This document shows, in pieces, positions 44,681 through 53,503 of a stretch of DNA of 64,000 nt. The first letter of the stretch is position 1; each line of letters starts with the position of its first letter. Below the pieces are notes generated by a model, which ran no database searches, had not been told where the DNA came from, and worked only from the letters and a program-made list of their open reading frames with translations. The DNA comes from a virus. The DNA lies in IMG/VR virus record IMGVR_UViG_3300010398_000002, positions 1 through 64,000 of that record; one strand, given 5' to 3'. A program made the translations under genes and the position numbers.

Positions 44681-44935
44681 ATGACCGATGTTGCCGAGCG
44701 GAAGTTCACCGGACAGATGCACCCGCTCAACGAGGAGGGCGACACCAAGATCATCTGGGATGCCAATGACCCGGCCTCGGTAGCTACTGCCAAGGCAGCC
44801 TTCGACAAGGCCAAGAGGGAAGGAATGCTTGCCTACCGGGCCGAGGGGGAGAAGGGCAGACGTGGTACCCAGATTCGCGAGTTCGATCCGGATGCCGAAA
44901 GGATCATCCTGGTTAAACCACAAGCAGGCGGCTAA
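44681..44935 (+). CDS. hypothetical protein (84 aa)
   Basis: SD TAAGGAGGAAACC. Track ORF. Confidence 0.7.
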   Translation: MTDVAERKFTGQMHPLNEEGDTKIIWDANDPASVATAKAAFDKAKREGMLAYRAEGEKGRRGTQIREFDPDAERIILVKPQAGG

Positions 44936-44936
44936 G

Positions 44937-45581
44937 GTGCCGACCTATCGCTGGCCGGAGTGGACTACCAGCTCCAATACTGTTACTGAGCCCATCCTTG
45001 TCACCGTCACCACTGGCTCGGTGACATGGCCGGTCTGGAACCAAGAGTGGTGGCACGTGGCCACCAACACCACTGCCAGCACCACTTGGCTGGAGTGGAA
45101 CCAGCAGTGGGTGCAGGTACCGATACAGATGCGGCCCCCCAGCAATGAGGAGCAGCGGCGTCGGCACCAGGAGTACCAAGCACGCCAGCAGCAGCAACAG
45201 CAACAGCGTGGGCGTGCGCAGGCCACCGCATTGGCGTTACTGGCAGAGCTGCTGTCGGAAGACCAGCTCCGCGACCACCAGCAGCGCAAGTTCTTCGACG
45301 TGGTGGCCGACTCGGGACGGCGCTATCGGATTCTGACCAACGGCTCCAAGTCCGGCAACGTGCGGCTCATGGTCGGCGATCAGGGCGACGTAGAGGCCGC
45401 AGTACTGTGCGCCCACCTGTACGGCACCGAACCCACTGCCGACTCCTTCATCGCACAGAAGCTGGCGCTAGAAGACGACGAGGAGGGCTATCTAGCAATA
45501 GCGAACGTGTCCCGGCTCCGGCCGGGTATCGAACTACCACGTCCACCACGAGCCACCGCGCTACGGGAACGCGCGGCGTAG
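44937..45581 (+). CDS. hypothetical protein (214 aa), Trp-rich N-terminus, poly-Gln linker
   Basis: GTG 44937 just after the upstream stop. Trimmed from 44829..45581. Confidence 0.6.
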   Translation: MPTYRWPEWTTSSNTVTEPILVTVTTGSVTWPVWNQEWWHVATNTTASTTWLEWNQQWVQVPIQMRPPSNEEQRRRHQEYQARQQQQQQQRGRAQATALALLAELLSEDQLRDHQQRKFFDVVADSGRRYRILTNGSKSGNVRLMVGDQGDVEAAVLCAHLYGTEPTADSFIAQKLALEDDEEGYLAIANVSRLRPGIELPRPPRATALRERAA

Positions 45582-45621
45582 CACCGGGTTCACCACCCGG
45601 CCCCACCTGAGGAGAACTGAC

Positions 45622-45861
45622 ATGCCGTTTCTTACATTTTTGATCATCCTGATCCTGGGCCTGCTGGCGCCGTTCGTCGTCGTCTACGGCACCGTGATCT
45701 GGCTTCTTGCTTTCCCATTGATCTTCGCCGGGCAACGTTGGCTCTATCCCTGGTGGATCAGCCTGCCGCGCGCTACCAGGCGAGACATCCGCTGGCGAAC
45801 GATGTGGGTCCTCTCCGTGGGCTGCTGGACGTTCGCTATCACCCACTGGGCCACCCACTAA
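45622..45861 (+). CDS. membrane protein (79 aa, 2-3 TM)
   Basis: SD TGAGGAGAAC. FLTFLIILILGLLAPFVVVYGTVIWLLAFPLIF. Confidence 0.7.
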   Translation: MPFLTFLIILILGLLAPFVVVYGTVIWLLAFPLIFAGQRWLYPWWISLPRATRRDIRWRTMWVLSVGCWTFAITHWATH

Positions 45862-45877
45862 AGAGAGGAGGACAGCA

Positions 45878-46306
45878 ATGGCAACAGCAAGGAAGCCAAC
45901 GAAACAAACCGCTAGTGCTCCGGGGACACCCAAGACGCCGACCGCACGCGACGTCCAAGTCGCAGCGCAAGGTTGGGCTGATCCGGTCCTGGAGTGTCGC
46001 ACGTTGGGCCACGCCTGGCGGCAGCGCCACGCGACGTTCCTGAATCCCAAGAGCAAGTCGCTCAACGCACCGAGCTGGCACGTCGAATACGAGTGCACAC
46101 GCGGGTGCCTGGTGTGGAAATGGCAGGAGTGGAACGTCAACGGTGCCGTCATCCGCAGAAGCATGCTCTACCCCCGTGACGACAACGGGAACCCGCTCTA
46201 CCTGTTGGAAGGGTTAGGACGCATCACCGGAGAACTGCTCGGCTTGGTCCGGCTGGAGTCCGTGCAGCGCGCTGGCTTCGTAGAGGCATCGGACGAGTTG
46301 GAGTAG
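45878..46306 (+). CDS. hypothetical protein (142 aa)
   Basis: SD AGAGAGGAGGAC. Track ORF. Confidence 0.65.
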   Translation: MATARKPTKQTASAPGTPKTPTARDVQVAAQGWADPVLECRTLGHAWRQRHATFLNPKSKSLNAPSWHVEYECTRGCLVWKWQEWNVNGAVIRRSMLYPRDDNGNPLYLLEGLGRITGELLGLVRLESVQRAGFVEASDELE

Positions 46307-46310
46307 TGCC

Positions 46311-46709
46311 ATGGCCACCGAATTGATCAAGCAAATCTGGTGCGATCAGTGCCTGGCAAAGAACATACGCAGGCCAGGCACCGAGGAAGTGGCCCGGATC
46401 ATTCACGATGGCCGCATCCTAGTGATCGACGGATGCCCGGAGGAACACAGCGACCCACACATCAGCGAGGTGATCAAGTTCGGCCACCCCGCTGAGATTT
46501 CCCGGTCGCATCGGCAGCGCAAGACTGGAGCAGGCGCAGCGGCGCCACCCAAGAAAGACAACGGCAGAAAGCAGCGCAAGCTCATGATCTGTTCGATCTG
46601 CGGGCCCACCGGCAAACGAGTCGTCGATGGGTCCGGGGCGAAGCTGCATGCCGCCGCACACCTACGACATGGGGAAGGAGAACCAGTCTTCACACCAGCC
46701 AACGAATGA
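46311..46709 (+). CDS. hypothetical protein (132 aa), Cys pairs and basic linker
   Basis: Track ORF. CDQC...CSICG. Faint resemblance to DNA-bridging proteins, not asserted. Confidence 0.65.
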   Translation: MATELIKQIWCDQCLAKNIRRPGTEEVARIIHDGRILVIDGCPEEHSDPHISEVIKFGHPAEISRSHRQRKTGAGAAAPPKKDNGRKQRKLMICSICGPTGKRVVDGSGAKLHAAAHLRHGEGEPVFTPANE

Positions 46710-46761
46710 CGAACCAGTCCCGACCGATCCATCCCCACCAAACCGCGAGAGGAGGAGAACT

Positions 46762-46998
46762 ATGGCTAATTACCGACTGACGTTCGAGATTCAGTCCCCG
46801 CGCACCATCACCGGCACCAAGCTGCACGACATCTACGGCCAGGTCGAGCGATACCTGCGCACCGTGGTGCTGCCCAAGGACAACTCGGCACAGGCCACCA
46901 TCACCACCGCCGCCGAGCTGGACTACGAAGTTCACGCACACGACGGCACCAACCGCTGCAGCGGCTGCCGCCACCTCGCCGAAGACCAACGCGACTGA
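46762..46998 (+). CDS. hypothetical protein (78 aa)
   Basis: ATG 46762 after GAGGAGGAGAAC. Confidence 0.65.
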   Translation: MANYRLTFEIQSPRTITGTKLHDIYGQVERYLRTVVLPKDNSAQATITTAAELDYEVHAHDGTNRCSGCRHLAEDQRD

Positions 46999-47025
46999 TC
47001 CCCCACCACCGTAAGGAGAACTGTT

Positions 47026-48501
47026 TTGCCTACCACAGCAGTTGACAAGACCGAACAGGAAGTCATCGAGGAGCAGATTCTGGCCGAGCTGGGCAAGCTC
47101 GCCGGAGTGCGCTCCGGGCAGGACCGCATCCAGAAGGAGGGGACCAAGTACGTTCTGCCCCAGAGCACCTCGCTGCGCGACGACATCACGTTCCTGGTGG
47201 ACTACGCCGACGCCCTGGAGACCGAGACGGCGTTCACCCGGGTGTTCAAGTACCGCCCGTGGGACGGTGCCGCATGCTTCCAGGCGGCGCTGATGCGCGT
47301 CTGGGGCACCGCAGGCGTCGGCCAGGCCACCTACAGCTTCTTCGGAAAGAACCCGCCGGAGATGCGCACCATCGAGGTCGGGCCCCACCAGACCATGCAG
47401 ATTCCCTGGGGCCAGATTCAGTTCGCTCCGCTGTCGGCCACCATCACGTTGAGCGGTGTCGAGAGGCGGGACTTCGGGACGCTGTTCCAGATGATCGTGG
47501 TGTGCCCGAAGAAATACGCCAACCAGGTGGAGGGCCTGTTCACGATCGTCGAGCAGGAGTTGAAGGAGCACTCGATCTACAAGGGCCAGGCGTTCAACGG
47601 CGCCGAGGAACCAGGCTTCCTGGACCCCTACTCGGTGGACCGCAACAAGGTGATCTACACCGAGGAGATCGGTGACCAGCTCGACGCCAACATCTGGTCG
47701 ATGCTGCGGCACACCAAGGTGATCAAGCAGCTGGGGCTGCCGCTCAAGCGCTCGGTGCTGCTGGGTGGCCCGTACGGCACCGGCAAGAGCCTGACCGCCA
47801 TGGTCACCGCGCAGATCGCCATCGAGAACGGCTGGACCTTCGTGCAGTGCCGACCGGACGACGACCTGGCCCGGACGTTGCAGACAGCCAGGCTGTACGA
47901 ACCGGCGGTGGTGTTCTACGAGGACATCGACAACCTGTCCCGTTCCGGTGATCCAGAGACGATCAGCAAGCTGCTCGACATGTTCGACGGCATCTCCGCC
48001 AAGGGCACCCAGCTGGCCATGGTGCTCACCACCAACAAGGTGGACAGGATTCACAAGGGGATGCTGCGGCCGGGCCGTCTCGACGCGCTGATCATGCTGG
48101 ACGCGCTGGACGAGGAGAGCTTCATCCGGCTGGTCAAGGCAGCGGCGCCAGACGGCATGCTCGACCCGGAGATGGACTTCCAGGCGGTTGCCGCCTCGAT
48201 GAAGGGCTTCCTGCCCGCGTTCGTCAAGGAGGCCATCGACCGGGCCGTGCGTTACGCGGTTGCCCGGGTGGAGGGCAAGCCAGCGGTATTCACCACCCAC
48301 GACTTCGTGCGCGCCGCCGAGGGCCTGCGCCCGCAGCTGGTCACCATGAACGAGGCCAAGGACACGGTGGCGCCGGACGAGGCCAGCGTCGTCCTAGGGA
48401 AGATCGTCAAGGCAGCGGTGACCACTGGCGAAGTCGCGATCCTCGACCCTGACGACGGAAGCAAGCAGTACGTGCTCGGAACCACCAACTCCAGCACGTA
48501 A
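47026..48501 (+). CDS. AAA+ ATPase (classic FtsH/Cdc48-type module) with ~230-aa unknown N-terminal domain
   Basis: TTG start after TAAGGAGAAC. Walker A GGPYGTGKS, Walker B VVFYEDID, second region of homology TTNKVDRIHKGMLRPGRLD. Confidence 0.85.
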   Translation: MPTTAVDKTEQEVIEEQILAELGKLAGVRSGQDRIQKEGTKYVLPQSTSLRDDITFLVDYADALETETAFTRVFKYRPWDGAACFQAALMRVWGTAGVGQATYSFFGKNPPEMRTIEVGPHQTMQIPWGQIQFAPLSATITLSGVERRDFGTLFQMIVVCPKKYANQVEGLFTIVEQELKEHSIYKGQAFNGAEEPGFLDPYSVDRNKVIYTEEIGDQLDANIWSMLRHTKVIKQLGLPLKRSVLLGGPYGTGKSLTAMVTAQIAIENGWTFVQCRPDDDLARTLQTARLYEPAVVFYEDIDNLSRSGDPETISKLLDMFDGISAKGTQLAMVLTTNKVDRIHKGMLRPGRLDALIMLDALDEESFIRLVKAAAPDGMLDPEMDFQAVAASMKGFLPAFVKEAIDRAVRYAVARVEGKPAVFTTHDFVRAAEGLRPQLVTMNEAKDTVAPDEASVVLGKIVKAAVTTGEVAILDPDDGSKQYVLGTTNSST

Positions 48502-48557
48502 TCAGCGGCGGAGTGGGAGCTTTGTGACACTGCAACTCCGGGGCTTCCACTCTGCTT

Positions 48558-48568
48558 TCTGGTATAAT
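48558..48568 (+). promoter_or_regulatory. extended -10 promoter TGGTATAAT
   Basis: TATAAT 48563-68 with TG. Followed by 5' hairpin GCCGCACA-AGG-TGTGCGGC. Confidence 0.55.
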
Positions 48569-48618
48569 TGAGTTGCCGCACAAGGTGTGCGGCCTTCGTA
48601 ATGTGAGGAGGAGAACTC

Positions 48619-49404
48619 ATGCCACGAAGCAGCAGTTATGTGCCCGAGCTACACAGACCACATGGGTTTGCGTTTCCGAGGGTACGAACAGCGTCCGAGG
48701 ACAAGCCCATCGTCGAGGTGGACTTCTCTCGGCCGGGAATGCGCGAAGCACTGATCGAAGCAGTCTGCACAGCACTGGAGCTGTGGGACCCAGTCTTCGA
48801 CCACTGGCTGGAGCCGTCAGTACCTGGCGACCGTCAGACACCGGTCTTCCGGGGCAGTCGAGCGCACCTGATCAACAAGTTTCGCGACGAGATATTCGGC
48901 TACATGCGCAGAAACCATGAGTCGGACTGGACAGATAGTCACTTCATCAGAATCGCTGATAAGTACGTGAACGTCCTGCCGATGATAGACAACGGTTTGC
49001 CTGGAGCGCACGGCGACATCACCTGGTACACAAGGGAGATCATCCGACCGGTCATCCGGCGGTCAGACCCCGAGTGGGACAGAGAGGCGGTGTATGACGC
49101 ACGACGCGCCAGCATGCGATCACCATGGAACGAATCCCTCTTTGAAGCGATCTCGAAGATGCTCAGGGACTACGACCGCTCCTGGGGGACTACTCACGCA
49201 GAGCGTTTCAACCACGAGTATGCAGAATTACTCTTGCAAGACAACGCTCCGCCCTGGGAAGTCCAACGGCTCGTCGCGTACTACGTCCAAGACGTGTTCG
49301 ACTCAAACTGGTCCAACGATCCAGGCTCCGGACTACGCGATGAAGTGCAGCCGCACCGTCCGATAAAAAAGGCACCACCTCACAAAGCTTCCCGGCGCAG
49401 CTGA
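48619..49404 (+). CDS. hypothetical protein (261 aa), locally lower GC
   Basis: Own promoter, SD GAGGAGGAGAAC, own terminator. No motif recognised. Confidence 0.7.
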   Translation: MPRSSSYVPELHRPHGFAFPRVRTASEDKPIVEVDFSRPGMREALIEAVCTALELWDPVFDHWLEPSVPGDRQTPVFRGSRAHLINKFRDEIFGYMRRNHESDWTDSHFIRIADKYVNVLPMIDNGLPGAHGDITWYTREIIRPVIRRSDPEWDREAVYDARRASMRSPWNESLFEAISKMLRDYDRSWGTTHAERFNHEYAELLLQDNAPPWEVQRLVAYYVQDVFDSNWSNDPGSGLRDEVQPHRPIKKAPPHKASRRS

Positions 49405-49407
49405 CCT

Positions 49408-49443
49408 CAGCCCGTCCCATCCAGGGACGGGCTGGTGTCGTTT
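49408..49443 (+). terminator. intrinsic terminator
   Basis: CAGCCCGTCCC / GGGACGGGCTG 11-bp stem then GTGTCGTTT. Confidence 0.6.
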
Positions 49444-49592
49444 AGACGGCGCGTGTCGCGTGGTGCCGATTAGTAGTTCTCCTCTCGGCCAAGGCGAGAC
49501 ACCACCGGGGGAGCGGGAGACGTGAACCCGTGCCACTGGACCGGTCCCTCTCGACCTGCGCGGCACGTGCCCTACACACCTAAGGAGACCAA

Positions 49593-49964
49593 GTGCCGGA
49601 CGAAGAAACCGATCCGTACGAGCAGCTGCTGGCTCGTGCTACTGCCAACTTCCTGGAGATCGGCCTCGACGAAGACGAACGCGCTCAGCTCACCGATGCG
49701 CTGGGCAACATGCTCGACACAGCTCTGGAGAACCTGGAGGTACCGGAAGACGACGAGAAGACGGCGAATGACCTGCTGCGCAACGAAGTTCTCGATCTGC
49801 TACACCGCAGTTTCGTGGCTGGCGTCACCCTGTACCAGATCATGTGGGCACCAACTGCCGAAGAGATCACCGTCACGCTGACCCCTGACCAAGCAACCAA
49901 TGTGGTCCGGGGTCTTTTTGCGTCCGGGGTCACCCTGCGACTCGAAGTAGAAGAACCTAACTAA
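49593..49964 (+). CDS. acidic hypothetical protein (123 aa)
   Basis: GTG 49593 after CTAAGGAGACC. Confidence 0.65.
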   Translation: MPDEETDPYEQLLARATANFLEIGLDEDERAQLTDALGNMLDTALENLEVPEDDEKTANDLLRNEVLDLLHRSFVAGVTLYQIMWAPTAEEITVTLTPDQATNVVRGLFASGVTLRLEVEEPN

Positions 49965-49997
49965 TCCGACATCGGGGGGAGAAGGAGAAACACTCTA

Positions 49998-50147
49998 ATG
50001 GTCAAGGCGATTGTTCGAGCCGTAGGTCGCATCATCCAGACAGTGCGCAGCTGGATCAAAGGGCTCTTCACGCCAAAGGCAGTGCGGTATCAACGGAAGC
50101 GCAAGGTAACGGTCTCACCGAACTCGTCCCGTCCCCAGGCTGCATGA
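49998..50147 (+). CDS. small basic peptide (49 aa) immediately upstream of repeat array 1
   Basis: Below track cutoff. ATG 49998 after GAGAAGGAGAAAC. MVKAIVRAVGRIIQTVRSWIKGLF... (amphipathic, Arg/Lys-rich). Confidence 0.4.
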   Translation: MVKAIVRAVGRIIQTVRSWIKGLFTPKAVRYQRKRKVTVSPNSSRPQAA

Positions 50148-52005
50148 CTCACCAAGCCAGCCCGGCCCTGCCCTGTCCGTCACGACGGACCGGACCAGAC
50201 CTCATCTTCCCGTCACGACAACCCTTGCCATCCCAAGCCGGTCCGTCACGACACACCACGACGCGGCCCGTCGAACCTGGCCACACCGTTCCGACAAGCC
50301 ACTACGTGTCATGCCGCGCCATCACGTCAGGACAGACCAGGTCTCACCACGCCCGTGACGACAGACCAGGACTCTCCTGTCCACGCGACAGACTTAGCCA
50401 CACCGTCCCATCCCGTCAAGACGGGCCACTCCACGCCCCATCGTTCGACGAACCTCTTCACTCCAGGCCGTTCCGACAGGCCGGTCCTCGTCTCACCCAC
50501 CCGCGCCTGGCCGCACCGTCATGACTCTCCGTTCCTGGCCCTCCCGATCCGTAACGACACTCCATACCCTCCCATGCCGTCACGACGTCCCTACCCGCCT
50601 CGCCCCTGGCCGTTCCGTCAACGACGGACCCCTCCGGCCCGAGCCAGCCCACAATGACGTGCCGCACCGAATCCGACCGATCCGATCCGGACGTACCCCG
50701 CCTTATCACCCCTATCCGTCAGGACAATCCTGGCCATCCCATTCCGCTCCCGACGATCCCAACCGAGCCGCATCAGACCGAGCCGTCACGACTGTCCGCT
50801 CCCCTCCGGCCCACACCTCACCGTGCGACGATCCCGTCCCTACTCCATACAGTCCGCACCGGTCCGTCATGACACACCTCACTGAGCCAGTCCCTCCCAC
50901 GCCGTCACGACACACCAGGTCTCGCTAAGGCACGCCGAGCCTTACCTCGCGACATTCCACTACACGCCCACCCGTCACGACAGGCCAGTACACGTCTCGC
51001 CGCCACGTCACGACCAGCCCGTCCAGCACACGCCCTGCCTTGCCGTCACGACGGTTCTAGCCGTGCCATACCGAGCCGACCCAGCACGACACTCCGCTCC
51101 GGCGCTGTCCGGCCCACAACCCGCCACACCTGGCCGAATGACTATCCACACCAGTCCCAGTCCGACAAGCCACGACCACGTCACGGCGCGCCCTTGCCAT
51201 GCCGTCAGGACTCACCAGCCCATGACCCTCCAACCCTCGCCCAGCCCATCCGTCCCTCGCGACGCATCACTCCCATCCGGCCCGCGCCATATGACAGACC
51301 GCGTCGCAACACTCCTTGCCACTCCGACAGACCGCGTCCCTCCAGGCCGTCCCGTACCGTCCGACAGACCAAGCCAAGACGTGCCGTCCCGTCACGACAG
51401 ACCGATCCGGCCCGGACCGTCCGACAGGCCACATCTCGCCCCAGTCACCCCTCCCCGTACGACAGACCTCATCAGTTCAGACCTCACCGTCATTGACTCT
51501 CCGCACCTGGTCGCGTCACCCCAGACCGTCGAGACTGTCCATCCCAGCCCAAACCGTCGCGCGACAAACCTCTCCAAACCGAACCGTCACGACAGACCGA
51601 GCCGACCCGTTCCGAATGACAGTCCACTGCACATCTGTCCTCCCCGTTCGACGATCCTGGCCAGTCTCGGCCCGCGCCATGCCGTCACGACTATCCGCTC
51701 CACAACCTGCCAGTCCGAGCCGTCACGACATGCCGTACCAGCCCGAACCGTCACGACGAACCGATCTCAACCCCGCCGCACCGCGCCCGTCCATCCGACT
51801 ATCCGTCCCTGACCCTGCCGAGCCATCACGACATGCCGAGCCCAGACATGCCCTTCCTGGCCGTCCCGCATTGTCACACCACGCCCGCACCTGGCCGTCA
51901 CGACTATCCGTACCGACCCTTATCCGACCCGACCTGGCCGTCACGACCATCCGCTCCATACCGTCCCGACATTGACACACCACGTCACTACCCATCCGCA
52001 CCACC
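50148..52005 (+). repeat. repeat array 1: degenerate ~33-nt direct repeats, core CCGTCACGAC(N3)CCG, C-rich strand
   Basis: 16 exact CGTCACGAC copies (my line-by-line count), all plus strand, plus many 1-2-mismatch copies. First three cores at 50177/50210/50243. Core occurs in all three frames. Confidence 0.9.
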
Positions 52006-52106
52006 CCCGCCCGGACGTTTCGGGCCCACCCATGCCGCACCAACTTCCCTACCCTGCCGGGTAGGGACCACGGGCCACCAAAACCAACGGCCCATGACCA
52101 GAAAGG

Positions 52107-52820
52107 GTGATCACTTTGTGGATCATCTACGAACTCAAACTGCACGTTGACCGCCTGGTGGGAGGCATCCCCAAGCACCCGACGATCATCAAGCGCTGGC
52201 AGGAGGCACACATGCCTCCAAACCCGGAGCGTGTCGCCGAGCGGACCGGCCAGCCGGTGCCCACGGTCGAGCAAGCGACCGAGAAGACCATGGACCTGCT
52301 CGGCAGCCAGATGATGGACCCCGAAGAGGTCGTGCAGGGCATCTGGACCGGCTTCGTCACCATGCCCAACGGCACCACGCTGGCGCTGGAGAACCGCAAC
52401 ATCAAGGCGATGCTCAAGGAATCCGCCAACATCGTGCGGGTGCTGCCCGACATGCCCAAGAACACCAAGGGCGGCGCGATCCCGTTGAAGAACAAGCTGG
52501 CCGAGCGGGTGTTCGTCAACCCGCCACTCATCGCGATCCTCGACGAGGACGGCAAGCAGGTCACCGAACCGGAGTCGTCACCCGAGCGGCCCATCCACGT
52601 GATGACGATGCAGGGACCGCGCACCGCGCTCAAGCGGGTGGATCAGGTCAGGGACGTCACCCTGGTGTGCCAGCTCAAGGTGCTCGACGACGGGGTGATC
52701 ACCGAGGACATGCTGCGGATCATCCTCGACCACGCCAAGGAGAACGGCCTGGGCACCGATCGCTCTACCGGCGCCGGGACCTTCGAGTACGAGTTGAAGC
52801 GGATGGACCCGCCGCAATGA
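52107..52820 (+). CDS. hypothetical 237-aa protein with Cas6/RAMP-like glycine-rich loop (candidate RNA-binding/processing protein)
   Basis: GTG 52107 or TTG 52116 (GAAAGGG SD). N-terminal beta-strand then VGGIP. NRNIKAMLKES. C-terminal GLGTDRSTGAG (aa 214-224) fits GhGxxxxxGhG. No search done. Confidence 0.7.
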   Translation: MITLWIIYELKLHVDRLVGGIPKHPTIIKRWQEAHMPPNPERVAERTGQPVPTVEQATEKTMDLLGSQMMDPEEVVQGIWTGFVTMPNGTTLALENRNIKAMLKESANIVRVLPDMPKNTKGGAIPLKNKLAERVFVNPPLIAILDEDGKQVTEPESSPERPIHVMTMQGPRTALKRVDQVRDVTLVCQLKVLDDGVITEDMLRIILDHAKENGLGTDRSTGAGTFEYELKRMDPPQ

Positions 52821-53212
52821 ATGGGGAGAAAACCACGCTGGAATACCTGTCGGACAAGTACCGGCTGCAGATAGTGGCGATGCTGTCTGCCGGGCCCACC
52901 ACGGTGGCAGACATCGTGGACCGGATCGGCGTCATCACCCACAGCACCACGCAAAAGCTCGTGGACATGATGGTCGAGGAGGGCCGTGCGCGTCTGATCG
53001 AGTACGGCAAGGCAACCGGCTCGGACTACTACGAGCTGGTGACCATGCGGACCCGGGACGAGATCGTCGGTATGGCCACGGTCGCAGAGGGCGAGTCTCA
53101 GAAGACCGAGAACGCTGACTATTGGCACGGAGTCGAGGAAGCGCTGCACTGGGTGCTGGGCGAGCAGCCAAGCGCCTTCCAGATACGAATGATGCTCAGC
53201 GCAGGACCATGA
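52817..53212 (+). CDS. ArsR/MarR-like winged-helix DNA-binding protein (131 aa)
   Basis: ATGA coupling. LSDKYRLQIVAMLSAGPTTVADIVDRIGVITHSTTQKLVDMMVEEGRARLIEYGKATGSDYYEL matches the wHTH layout. Confidence 0.7.
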   Translation: MNGEKTTLEYLSDKYRLQIVAMLSAGPTTVADIVDRIGVITHSTTQKLVDMMVEEGRARLIEYGKATGSDYYELVTMRTRDEIVGMATVAEGESQKTENADYWHGVEEALHWVLGEQPSAFQIRMMLSAGP

Positions 53213-53403
53213 CCTGGATGCAACTACAGGAGTGCTGGGGGTTCATAGACGAACGCACCGGCAAACGTGTCTCGGTGACGACGACGCCTACCAGATGGCA
53301 GGCCGAGCGTCAGCTGCGGGAATGGATCGAGCGCGACAGGCAGGGCAAGCGTCCGGACGTGCACGACGTCATTCCGCATATCAAGATCGTGCAGCTGTGG
53401 TGA
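53209..53403 (+). CDS. hypothetical protein (64 aa)
   Basis: ATGA coupling at 53209-12. Confidence 0.6.
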   Translation: MTWMQLQECWGFIDERTGKRVSVTTTPTRWQAERQLREWIERDRQGKRPDVHDVIPHIKIVQLW

Positions 53404-53503
53404 CGCCCTGGCCGGGATGGTCCGGCTGGTACCACAGCGTGGCGACGGCGTCGTGGGCTCTGACCTGCGGCGCCCGAACCGCCTATCTACGAAGGAGAAG
53501 CGC

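Noticed and set aside
49465-49485. Minus-strand GAGAGGAGAAC SD-like string (also 58375-58385)
   Set aside because: No start codon lies within 5-12 nt and no credible ORF follows. These are treated as remnants or coincidence.
50144-51975. Long ORFs inside array 1 in all three plus frames (50144..50524, 50355..50657, 50521..50928, 51063..51812, 51316..51975) and minus-strand ORFs (e.g. 51723..52274)
   Set aside because: They are Pro/Ser/Arg/Thr low-complexity translations of a C-rich, stop-poor repeat. There are no SDs. The repeat core shifts between frames because the spacing is not a multiple of 3. The ORFs overlap each other.
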